Under the pieces are notes generated by a model. It searched no databases, had not been told where the DNA came from, and saw only the letters and a program-made list of their open reading frames with translations. A DNA stretch of 62,984 bases, filler included, from Reclinomonas americana ATCC 50394 (Eukaryota): NCBI GenBank assembly GCA_048213135.1. It is 6 parts of 2 records of this genome, joined end to end, with 100 filler letters (N's around TTAATTAATTAA, not from the genome) between each part and the next. Parts side by side here need not be neighbours in the genome. Positions count along the whole stretch, not along the records: positions 53,325 to 62,984 come from PS015183.1; 5 more parts are not named here. One strand, given 5' to 3'. Shown in pieces: positions 62,932-62,984 of this stretch; position 1 is the first letter of the stretch, and each line of letters opens with the position of its first letter. The translations under genes were made by a program, and so were the position numbers.

Positions 62932-62984
62932 CTGCGCAAACGCGCATGAGACTCACTGCATGTGCAGGCGAGAGAGAGGATAAA

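Overview
This is an intron-rich, gene-dense, GC-rich eukaryotic scaffold, most likely from a unicellular eukaryote; the taxon cannot be fixed from this window. It has many N gaps and microsatellite-filled introns, so the ORF track is misleading and the genes were rebuilt exon by exon by hand. About 18 protein-coding genes are supported: an unknown acidic protein, a coiled-coil protein, a monoacylglycerol-lipase-like hydrolase, a small Tim chaperone, NDUFA2, a large RABL6-like GTPase, calnexin, CDK10, AIF, two Methyltransf_16 lysine-methyltransferase units (possibly fused), a PILS/AEC transporter, CENATAC/CCDC84, a Cys-repeat membrane protein, a kelch protein, a formin, a secreted GH94-like enzyme and CSTF3. 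The most striking signal is in the splicing code. About 35 introns, many pinned by conserved protein motifs, start with GTTGCG(T) instead of the common GTGCGT/GTGAGT/GTACGT, and about 10 more start with GTTTCG/GTTACG/GTTGTG/GTTGAG. This is a second donor class displaced by +1 nt, used almost only when the exon does not end in G. Separately, the minor-spliceosome gene CENATAC carries a perfect U12-type donor inside a U2-type intron, and its use would frameshift the protein. All gene models are manual and lack transcript support.
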